Origin: Neophaeotheca triangularis
Lineage: Eukaryota
Assembly (NCBI GenBank): GCA_054600435.1
Contig: BAAIJX010000023.1
Coordinates: 1-64,000 of the forward strand
Reading direction: 5' to 3'
Length of the DNA: 64,000 bases
Shown here: piece after piece, positions 34,212 to 44,786 of the stretch
Layout of the letters: the number at the start of each line of letters is the position of its first letter
Numbering within the stretch: the first letter of the stretch is position 1
Notes under the pieces: generated by a model
The model's database searches: none
Told to the model about the DNA's origin: nothing
The model's input: only the letters and a program-made list of their open reading frames with translations
Program-made: the position numbers and the translations under genes

Positions 34212-36281
34212 CTAGAATACCCTCAGTCCAACGAAGTTTGCACCGTACGGCTGGACTCCTGCATCGCCATTGGCATTACCGACTACAATCGTGTCCTCAC
34301 CATCCCCGGGGCCCCAACCGTCTACCAACAGGCCAAGAGTAGCCGGGTCACCCCATCCATGCATCGGCGAATACAACTCCGAGCTCCTTCCAGAAAGCGG
34401 AGCATCTAGCCTCACATGCTGCGCACCGTTCACAGCAACAGTGATATTCCTCGTAGCCGTGCCGTTAGTCCATCCGGTGTCCTTGGGAACCTCATTATTG
34501 ATGTACGTAAGCTCCACGTAGCGAGGTCCCGGGTGGGTGCCGGGGACTGTGAGGCTGGCGCTGCCGTTCTGCGAGAGACCGGCGATCTTGGAGCCCACGG
34601 GTTGGCAGCGACCCTCGACGCAAGTGATGTGCGTGGCGTTGCCGCCCGAGACGACGAAGTCGGTGCTCGGGTAGAAGGTTCCTTGCGGTTGGGAGATCTG
34701 GATCGAAGAAATGGTGGTGTCGCCGGAGATGGAGATAGTGTTGTTGGCGCCGGCGGCGAGGGAGATGGGAGCTTTAATGTGGTCTGATCCCGCTGGGCAC
34801 ATGACGTGAATGACCGTGTCAGAGGCAGACGTCGAGATGTCAATGCCTTCGGGCGATGGTCCCTGTTCGCCGAAGTAGACGCTCAAGGTATAACGCTCGC
34901 TGCCAGTAATGCCATAGACGTTCCCGAAAGTGATGGAGTCGTTGGATTGAATTCCGAATCGCTCTATGCTATAAGTTCCCGCGGGGTTTGTATCGCTCAG
35001 TTCCATCAAGATGGTGCCATGAGCTTGTATCTCAGCCGAATACGATGTCAGCACATCTGACACGGTGACGTCGTTCCAGACATCGTAAAGGGAGCCAGCG
35101 CTCTGGATGCCCGCATCAGGCAGGTAAAAAGTGCCGTGGACAGTCTCATTCTTCCAATTGACAAAGGCCACAACGGTCCTGTCACCGCTCAAGGGTCCGG
35201 TCCAGACATCAAGACCTTGGTCCGAGTATCTCCTAGCCAGGCTCGCGGCAACACCCAAGCTATCCTGGTTGTAGCCTATGGCATGAGTGTTCTTGAGAAT
35301 GTCTAGCGAAAAGTCCGGAATGCTGGTGAAGGTGTCGTTGAGCGCGCAGCCAATGTACAGCGTACTCTTGGCTATAGCCCACAAGGAAAAATGCGTCTGC
35401 TCTTCCGCCTCGGTGAAGACTTGGTTCCCCACGAGCAACATGTCGAGGTCTGCCCATTGACCGGGAGCCGAGTAGCTGCTCGAAGGGACGAATTGGTTGG
35501 CTATCATGTAGACTGATCTGAACTCGGAGACTATGTCGTTGCTGATGCGCCAGCTGTTGCCCACGTCCGGGGCCCATTCGGAGGGGAAGTCAAGTCCCCA
35601 CTCACAGACCTGATAGACCATTGGTCTACCCGTGGCGTTCAGTGTGTCTCTGAAAGCCTCGAATCTGTGCCGGGGAGACGTAAGTGGGTAGTAGTCGACG
35701 TTGGGATAGCCGCGTTCCTTTATCGAATCACTGTTAGTGAAGCTGGTTCAGCCCAGGCATCAGAACAAAGCGGTCTCACATACCTCGGAGCTAAAACAAT
35801 TATCAATCTTGAGGATGTCCGCGCCCCAAGAAGCAAATGTATTCGCGTCCAATTCCTCATATCCCAGAGAGCCGTTCTGAGACGGCTCACCCGTCATACA
35901 CATCTTGATGCCCAGGTTGGAGTAGACGCCGAAACCGAGCCCCAGGCTGTGAATGAACTCGCCCAAAACGGGTAGTGTATCGGGAAAGCGTTGCGGGTTC
36001 GAAGGCAGCGTGCCGTCGTCGTTGCGTTCTGGCAGTGTCCATCCGCAATCAGTCGTGACATAGTAGTAGCCCAGATCGGCCAGACCAAGGTCGACTAGGG
36101 CTTGAGCGTTGGATTGCACGACGGATTGATTGGGTTGGCAGTTGTAGACGTTGTAGCTGTTCCAGCCCATGATGGGGGTCTGGGCGAGGCCATTGTCGAG
36201 GCGTTTCTCGAGTCTGTTCGGGTGGGCGAGAGTCCCAGCCCCGGAGAAAAACCATAGGGCAAGAATGTTACGGAGGGTCAT
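34212..36281 (-). CDS. Secreted GH27 alpha-galactosidase with C-terminal carbohydrate-binding-like domains; intron 35718..35783; about 667 aa
   Basis: Signal peptide plus EKR, LDNGLAQTPIMGWNSYN, TDCGW, WGADILKIDNC, SWRISNDI and WADLDML. Confidence 0.92.
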
Positions 36282-37176
36282 GCTCGTGGCTGTCTAAGCT
36301 ATACTGATGGCATGCTTGTGGTTTTGGGCGAAACGTCCATCATTCAATACTTAAGTCTCTGGCACTGCGTTCACCATTGCCTCGCGCACCTGATATCTCA
36401 TGACGGCTGACGGGCGGGGTAGAGGCAAAGGTCCACCTCGAGCATGCACAAACAACGCATCTACGATCCATGGAGTGCTGCTGGTAAACCCCAGCCAGTG
36501 TTTACTCCATGCACGACAATGCTGCGAGGCCTGCAAATCATATGCCTGCAAATCCGTCCGTAACCAACCCCTCTTTCGGCTCCACTTGGAAGATCAGACA
36601 CAACCTTTGAGATTTCTGCACAATGACCATGCGTACGTAGGTGTGGTTGTCGAGGACCATCGGACATACGCTCAACATGGGCGGAACATCGAGGGAGGAA
36701 GGTTGAGAAGGATGAGAAGCCTGCGCGAGGTGTCGTCTGGTGTGTGCCAAGCTTCCGAGCCGGCTTGTTGGGGTGATACAGTACCCATCTCTCTACTAGG
36801 TAGTCCCTTTTGCACCTTCCCGCTCGCCCCTGGCCTGCTACACCTCTACCGCTACTGAGCTCATGAACCAGAGAAACTTTAATGGTGACACTGAGAGTAC
36901 CTGTAAGGCAGCAATGGTGCTGTACTCGAATCCGCCTGATACCGCCGGGAGAAGGGGATGGAGGAGTATGTCACAACTGGATATAGTCGCCAGTTCCCGG
37001 ACGGGTCTTGATCGCTTCCACTTAGGGACTCACTCAGAAACAATATAGGATGAGGCAGCTAACCTGGGATAGCTACAAGGAATAGTCACTAGTATATAGC
37101 ATCAGCCCCTGACCAAAAGCCCGGGTCGTACACATAATTCATAACTCGTATCCATCCTCCTCCTACTTCTACCACT

Positions 37177-40100
37177 CTACACCAACCTCAACTGGAAGGT
37201 GAAATCAAACGGACCAGAGTAGCACCTGTACTGCTCAAAAGGCCTGGGTCCGACAGTCGCCGAGCCCAAACCGTTCGTGCAGTAATCCAAATCCAAAATC
37301 GTCTTGTTCAACGGGCTCAGCTCGTAAGGGTGACGGGCGTCGTCCAAGTCGTAGTCGGTGTAGTGCTTCGCGGTGAAACTGAAGGGTTCGCCGTCCATGC
37401 GCGCCTCCATGGTGACGTTCGACGCCGAGTCGGCCATGCGCAGCCAGCGCAAGTCTTCGCGGTTGCCGTTTTCTTGCGGGTAGTCGTAGTTGGTGAAGAG
37501 CTCCTCGACCGTGTGCGTGTATTGGCCGAAGCGGCCGGCTTGCTTGGAGTCTTGGTAGTTTTCGCCCGGGCCACGGCCGAACCAGGTGGCGCGGTTGAAG
37601 GTGTCGCTCATTTCGGCGTACAGGCCGATGCGAGGGAGGACTTCGGGGACGTTGCCGCCGACGAAGTCGCCCGAGACGTGGATGGTCATGGATTGCTGGC
37701 CGTGCGGGATCGTGTACTCGATGTCGGCTTCCGCGCCCCATTCGAGGACTGCCGGTGCCACGCGGACATTGAGACGAACGTGGAGAGCTTCGCCGTCGTC
37801 CTCCCAGAAGACGTCGCGGAGTTGAGTGCGCATCGAGTGGACCCAGAGGTCATCCCATTCGATGGCGTTACCGGATTGTCCGTTGTCGTTCTGGGTCATG
37901 GCGCGGTAGAAGTAGAGTTCTGGGCCACGCTGGAAGAGGTCGACACCGTTTGATTGCCATGTGACATTGCCACGGATCATGTCAAAGTCGATGGAGGATC
38001 CGGGGTTGTGGATGGTCAAGTGGTTGCCGTTCTGTGTCATGTTGACAGATTGACGGCTGACCAAGGGGTAAGACGACCTCTGCGAGAGCGTGCCGTTTGA
38101 GTGACCTGCCATTTGACCTGACATGTGGAGCTGGTCCCAAGCGACAACCCAGCCGGCTGGGGCCCACGGCGTAGCCTCCCTCAAGGCAAACTCGACAGTC
38201 AAGAAGGCCTCCGAGTCGAGCGAATTGCGGTCGAGGGGTAGGGGAACGCTGACAGACTCTCTGGCAGACGCCGAGATGTTCAGGGGTCGACGCTGAGTGG
38301 TGGGTCGGCCATCTTGCACGACGTGCCAGGTGGCCTGTAGGTGCGAAAGATCGACGAAGCCGTACCAGTTGGTGACGTTCATTTGGGTCTCGTCGTTGCT
38401 CCAGGTCACCGTGACGGGCTGGATTGCCTTGGTGTACTCGACAAGGCCAGGAGTGCTCGAGTGGTCGGAAAGTGTCAGCCCGTCCATCAAAAAGGCGTCA
38501 TCGTTCGGATAGTCACCAAAATCGCCTCCATAGCCGTAAAATTCGGTTCCATTGTCCTCCGTGAGGAGCCCATGGTTAGAAAATTCCCACACTAACCCCC
38601 CTTGTATTATTGAAGTGTTTCTGAACATCTCGATGTATTCTTTCAGACCACCAGGTCCATTGCCCCTGCCAAGATTTTAAGTCAAAATTTGGTCTTTTCC
38701 AAAACGGGAAGGAAGCAACAATCAACTTACATCGCATGTGCATATTCGCAGTAGAGATGAGGTAGATCATCTTCTTCCTGGACTCGCTGCTGCATTGCCC
38801 AGGGGTCGATGTACATGTGACTGTACATATCGACGGCAGTTGCATTGTCGTCAGGCTCGTAGTGCACGAGACGAGTAGGGTCCGTCTCCTGGATCCATTC
38901 GTACATAGCTCTGTGGTTCTGTGTCATTCATGCGGTTAGTGTTCCTCTAGCTCAACAGTATAATATGCCTTGAGACCAATAAGACTTACCTGGCCAATGT
39001 AGCACTCATTTCCAAGAGACCAGAAGATGATCGAAACGTGGTTCCTGAATCGATCTACGACTTGCTCCATTCTGTCGACGTAGGCGTGCTCCCAGTCGGT
39101 GTTGTTGGAAGTCCATTGGGAGGCTCCGTAGATGGTGTCGTTGATAACGTTAAACCCGTGGCATTCGAGGTCCGCCTCGGCGATAACGTAGAAGCCTAGC
39201 TCATCGCACAACTCGAAGAAGTCGGGATGATGGGGCTGATGAGCAGCTCGGATAGAGTTGATGTTGCTCTGCTTCATCTTGATCAAATCGGCCCGGAGCT
39301 CTTCGTAAGGGACAAATCTGCCGAAGTGGGCATCGTGCTCGTGGCGGTTCACACCGTAAATGATGATGGGCTCGCCATTGACCTATGCGCACTGATTAGT
39401 CATGCTTGATGGCCGGGTGTAAGCTGCTTACATACCAAGAAGTTGTTTCCGCTGAGTTCAATTCTGTGGAATCCAATCTTTTGGCTGACGTACTGGCCAC
39501 CGGCTTCCATGACAACGGTGTAGAGCGTTGGAACCTCTGCCGACCATAAGTGAAAGTCGTCGCCAGAGACCTGCATGGTAATGTTGTCGGAAGTAGGTCC
39601 TTGCCAGGTTTCCATCTCTTCCCCATTAGGTGCCAACAGCTTGATGTTGACGTCTGCAGGGCCCCCTTGAGTAGTGATGTTGAAGCTGAAGAATCCGGAT
39701 TGGAAATCATCGTCGACATGAGGCACAATCTGGAAATCTTCGATGGAAGATTCCGCAAAAGGCATCAGATAGACGTCTCTAAAAATTCCGGACAAATACC
39801 ATTGATCTTGGTCCTCGAGGTAAGATCCGTCGGTCCATTGGTAGACTTTGGCGTGGACCGAGTTCGTGCTACCGGGCTGAAGGTACGAGGTGATGTCGAA
39901 TTCGCTTGGGTTTCGAGCTCCCTGGCTGTATCCCACTTCTTCGCCATTGACAGCAACGTGGAAGCCGCTGTCAACACCCTCGAAGCGTAGATGAATCTGA
40001 CTTCCTTCCCAGTCCTCGGGGATATCGAATTCACGCCAGTAGGAACCGGTTGGGTTGATGTACGAGACGTTCGGGGGGCTCACAGGGTGAGGGTAGTTGA

Positions 40101-40407
40101 TGTTGGTGTAGTGAGGGCGACCGTAACCCTGACGCTGCCAGTTGCCAGGTACCTCGATGTCGACCCACGACGAAGTGTCGACGTTGTCCCAAGATGGTGC
40201 CTCGAAAGGCGATTGATCGTATTGGAACTTCCAAGGCCCATTGAGGCTCTGGTACAGGCTTTGGTTCCGGTAATCGAAAGAAAGAGCCTCAGGTTCAGAT
40301 CCATAAGTGTAGAACTGCGCTCTAGGAGGAACAGTGCCCCTATGGAGGACGTCCAGGTTACTCCAATCGGGGAGGAAGCCCGGAAAGGTCATACTTGATA
40401 CTGCCAT
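37177..40407 (-). CDS. GH2 beta-galactosidase (LacZ-type architecture); introns 39383..39435, 38919..38989, 38666..38730; about 1013 aa
   Basis: LRFEGVDS, YLEDQDQWYLSGIFRDV, GVNRHEH, WSLGNE (acid/base), CEYAHAMGNGPGG (nucleophile) and WFGRGPGENY. Confidence 0.93.
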
Positions 40408-41002
40408 GTTGGTGGAAGTGAAGGATGATGATGATCGATCAAAAGCAGCAAGGACGCCACCGTCGACTATTTTCTTTCGTCTTATATCCAGTGTAGCCAC
40501 ACATTTCTGAACAACATCGTCATTACAGCTCCATCATGAGACCGGGACCACATTGACTACACTCCACCGACCCCTCACACTTGTATCCTCCGCCCCTTGG
40601 CGTGCGTGACTTGGCAGACTCAATGCTCAAAGCTTTGTAGAACGTCGGTCCTCTGGGAGGTACCTTATGTATATCATCTCTAAATGAGAACTAAGAACTT
40701 GCACAAGGCGGGTCTATGCCGGGTCCGCATGAAGGGCTTGGGATGACGGTCTCCACATTGCCGACGGATGGCGGAGACGAGTGATGAGTAGTAGTACCTC
40801 CGTAGGTGCCATTGCGTTTATTATTCCAAGGTATGTGTTGCTGTCGAAGAATGATCCAGTCGTGGAACGTCTTAGGTTGCATCTTGTTATCCTGCCTAGA
40901 GGGGAGTTTGGGCAGTTTCCGGTACAGTCAGTAATATTTTCAACGTGCGAGACAGACCTCCAGAGGAAGGTACGATGCTGCCCATGCCTGCCCTAGTTAG
41001 GC

Positions 41003-41003
<1 letters not shown>

Positions 41004-41050
<47 letters not shown>
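41004..41050. repeat. (AAT)15 microsatellite
   Basis: Direct read. Confidence 0.95.
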
Positions 41051-41052
<2 letters not shown>

Positions 41053-42047
41053 GTAACATGCCACCGCGTGTTTCCGGCATGCCGCATGAATCAAGAATCA
41101 AGACCCCGGCTTACCCGGCGACGACGAGGATGAGGTGCGGGGAACAAGGACAAGAAGGTTGCCTTAGGTGAGGGTGCTCACTGCTGATCACTTTCCTACA
41201 AGGCAAAGCGCATGCGTAGAGTGGGATAATAAAGTGGGATACAGGTGGAGGTGAGCAGCGGACGCGCCGGGGTTGCTGTCTCGAATTTTCAAAGCCCGAC
41301 GAGGACAATAAATGATGGTGACCGAGACGAGACGAGATAGCTACGTAAGGTAGTTGGTATTATTGTCGGTGGCTGGGAGGCGATGAATTACAGGTAGTAC
41401 TGAAGTCTGCGGGACTACTAACTTGTCACTCGGCTTGAGATGATCCGCAGACCGACGACCTCGCTACAGACGGGACCTCACTTCTGCTTCTTCTTCTGAT
41501 CAGCAAGGAAGAATAAAGGCATGTTATATCAACCATCTCTCTCGACATGATCTGAGGCTCAGCACTACTTTAGTACTGTAGCATGCATACCTCATCTTAC
41601 CACCTGAACGTGAGGTCAGCACACTACTACTGAGCACAGCCACCATGTACCCAGATACCTTATTACGGAAGGTAGGTAGATTGCCCCGCACCACGACGCT
41701 ATTTCATACCCGTACCTTCCGCGTAGTTTCGATACATGGGCCATCTCTAAGCAACCACGCGAGTGAACCTTCCATCGGAACATTCTTACCTCAGCGACCA
41801 CAATACGTTAGTTAAGTTAACGATAACTACCTAGGTAGGTAAGGTACTGTATGGGCACACGAGGCGCAGTCGACTTCAGCTTGTTCACCCAGCAGTACTC
41901 CAGCTAGTGAGTCTACCTTCGTTCCTTTTACAGTACTTGTCATCCGGCTTCTCATTCACATACAAAATATCTTGACTCCTTTCCTACGCGCAACAAAGAC
42001 CTCCATCCTTCCACTTCGTATCCGGACATTGCACCTTTGCTGCGAGA

Positions 42048-43562
42048 ATGGCAGGATATCCCGGGCAGGGCTATCACCAATCCCGTGAGTTCATCTCAGC
42101 CTCTAAAGGGGCTATGCTGCCAGCTGTGTAGCTTCGGTACAGCCGAGATCATACGGTCAAGCTGAAATATATAGATTCGCCATACCCACCCCAGGGCCAG
42201 GGCCAGGGTGGCTACCCTCCACCTAATCAGTCTTACGGAGAGCAGAATTACGCCCAGCAACCTTACGGACAACAGCCCTACGGACAGCCACCTAACATGC
42301 AGGGTCAAGGATACGGCTACGCCCCGCCTTCAGGACCACCACCCGGGCAGGGTCAGTATGGAGCTCCGCCGGGACCGCCACCCGGCCAAGGACAGTACGG
42401 AGCTCCTCAAGGGCCGCCACCAGGCCAGGGACAATATGGCGCTCCCCATGGCCCCCCTCCAGGGCAAATGGGATACGGAGCCCCGCCAGGACCTCCACCT
42501 CCCCAAGGTGGGTATGGCCAGCAGCCTCCGATGCATCAGCAACAGCCACCGCCAGGAACGGGAGGCTATTATGGAGGTCAGCAGTCAGGACCACCCGCAC
42601 GGCCTTCTCCAGGATACAACCCGAACCAGATGGCTCAAATGGACATGGGACGCGCTGCAGATGACCTTAGAGCTGCGATGAAAGGCTTTGGCACTGACGA
42701 GAAGGCTCTTATTGGTATTCTTTCCAAGCTTGGTCCTCTTCAGATCAACAGCACGAAACAGGCCTTCCAACAACGCCACAAGCGTGACCTGATGAAAGAC
42801 GTCAAGTCGGAAACCTCGGGCTACTTTCGAGAGGGATTGCTTGCAATCTGCCGGGGACCTTTAGAGCAAGATTGCCACACACTCCAAGACGCCATCCAAG
42901 GCATCGGTACCAAAGAAGCTGCCCTGAACGAAGTCCTGCTTAACCGCTCCAATGCCGACATCAACGCAATCAAATCGCAGTATCAACAAATGTTCCGCAA
43001 ATCCCTCGAATCCGACGTTAAAGGCGATTTAAGCATGAAGACCGCCCGCCTCTTCGACATGATCCTCTCCGCACGTCGCAACGAAGAATCATCTCCCGTC
43101 ATCCCCCAACAAACCGACGCCGATGCAACGGAAATCTACAAAGCCACCGAAGGCACCCGCATGGGCGCCGACCAAGTGACGGTCTGCTCGATTCTAACAT
43201 CGCGCTCCGACGGCCAGATCCGCGCAATCTCGCAAGCCTACGGTCAAAAGTACCAAAAACCCCTGGACCAGGTCCTCAAAAGCGAGTTCTCGGGCCACAT
43301 GGAAGACGCACTGCTCTTCATCCTTCACGACGCCGAAGACCGCGCTAAGCACGACGCGCAGATGCTCGAGGAGAGCATGAAGGGCGCCGGCACAAAGGAC
43401 GAGATGCTCGTGCGCCGCATCATTCGTTTCCACTGGGAGCCGCAGCGTTTGCAGCAGTGCAAGGCTGCTTATCGCCACTTCTACAAGAGAGACCTGGCGG
43501 ACAGGATCAAGGGGGAGACGAGGGGTGATTATGAGAAGCTTATGGTGGCATGTATCGCCTAG
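42048..43562 (+). CDS. Annexin with long Gly/Pro/Gln/Tyr-rich N-terminus; intron 42085..42174
   Basis: Four annexin repeats (MKGFGTDE, IQGIGTKE, MGADQ, MKGAGTKDE...GDYEKLMVA). Exon 1 MAGYPGQGYHQS splices in frame. Confidence 0.92.
42301..42502 (+). repeat. Coding tandem repeat of about 39 bp (GQGQYGAPxGPPP, 4-5 copies) in the annexin N-terminus
   Basis: Visible in the translation of ORF 42297..43562. Confidence 0.85.
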
Positions 43563-44182
43563 TCCCCGGCGCTTGTCGAAGCGATCGACGATGCCTTTGC
43601 TGATTTTTTCGCGTGCGTGTTTTAGATGCTCGAGTAGATACTGTCGGAGCCGTTGGCACAGTGGGGTGGTACTCTGTCCTCGCGGACGGTTCCCGGGCGG
43701 CAGGCTGCGCTTTACGTATTTTGCGTTCCCCTTCCTAGTTCCGTCTCGGGACTCGGTTGGTACCTATGGGTATATACTGTATCTTACTACCTCTTTCGTG
43801 CTTTAGTTCCCAATTCACTATTCTACTGGCACGTTTTTAACGCCCCGGGCTTTAACTACGCCGCTACCCTTGGGATGTCGATACAGGTAGGGTTTAGGGG
43901 CGGAGATATTAGCGTAGAAAAAAATAAGGAGGATGTCCATGTAGACGTTAATATGGAGACAGATAGGGATACAGACGCGGACGCGAACGTAACGTTCGGC
44001 CGGATCAATCCGTAATTATTTATATGTACGGAGGTACGGGTGTAGATATACAAGTGAAAAGATTCTAGATACTAGATACTCAAGGCCTGCTTGTCTCTAT
44101 AAATTCTAGTTGTCCTAGTACTATACAAAGCCAGTTCTAACATCTAAAATTTGTCTTGAACTTCTAGCCTGGAGTGAGGAAC

Positions 44183-44202
44183 AAAAAAAAATTGAGCAAA
44201 AA
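44183..44202 (-). terminator. RNA polymerase III terminator T-runs downstream of tRNA-Trp
   Basis: T5 (44198..44202) and T9 (44183..44191) on the minus strand, 20-40 nt past the tRNA 3' end. Confidence 0.7.
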
Positions 44203-44223
44203 TTTTAAATCTTGATTTGAGAG

Positions 44224-44333
44224 TGAACCGTACCCGATTCGAACGGGTGACCTTCTGGAAGCTCCAGGATGCAAGGAAGATAATCCTTGTATCAGAACTG
44301 GAATCAGACGCGCTACCACTGCGCCAACAGTCC
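44224..44333 (-). tRNA. tRNA-Trp(CCA) with 38-nt intron (44260..44297)
   Basis: Minus strand: GGACTGT TG GCGC AGTGGTA GCGC G TCTGA TT CCA G [intron] T CCAGA AGGTC ACCCG TTCGAAT CGGGT ACGGTTC A. Full cloverleaf, A and B boxes, intron one base 3' of the anticodon. Confidence 0.95.
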
Positions 44334-44786
44334 TTGTTGGTGCTGCGGAAGTTGCAAAATTTATAATGCTTTTCTTATCAGAGAGCCACAGACCGCCCGC
44401 GGCGCCCGAAGACTAGAGGCGACAAAGGGTCCAAGTCGGGTCCGGTTTACCCCACACAGAGCTACGCAGACCAGTTCGTGGCGGGCACTGCAGGCACCTA
44501 GGCCAGCTGTTAAGGACAAACCTGAAGGTTGCTTCCCATTGGAAAAGTTTCGGCCAGAGCACACGACACGCTGGATTATTCTCCACACACCTCTCTTCTT
44601 TCCTCCCTCACATCTGCATTGGAACCTTTAGCACACATCTCTACAACTCTCTATTGCCTCACTTGGATACCTTAACCTCCCCCACAGCGACAAGGGGTTA
44701 TAGAACTTACAACTTACGAGCTTTCGTCACCGCTTACCGACTTCCACCTACCCAACTCATATCCAAACCCTACCTTCCCACCCACA

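Noticed and set aside
41828..41839. Palindrome CTACCTAGGTAG and other TAGGTA/AAGGTA runs
   Set aside because: Short low-complexity motifs scattered through several intergenic regions, with no terminal repeats or target-site duplication to indicate an element.
42301..42502. Regularly spaced repeats suggesting a CRISPR-like array
   Set aside because: Degenerate coding repeats of the annexin N-terminus with no unique spacers, in a eukaryotic context.
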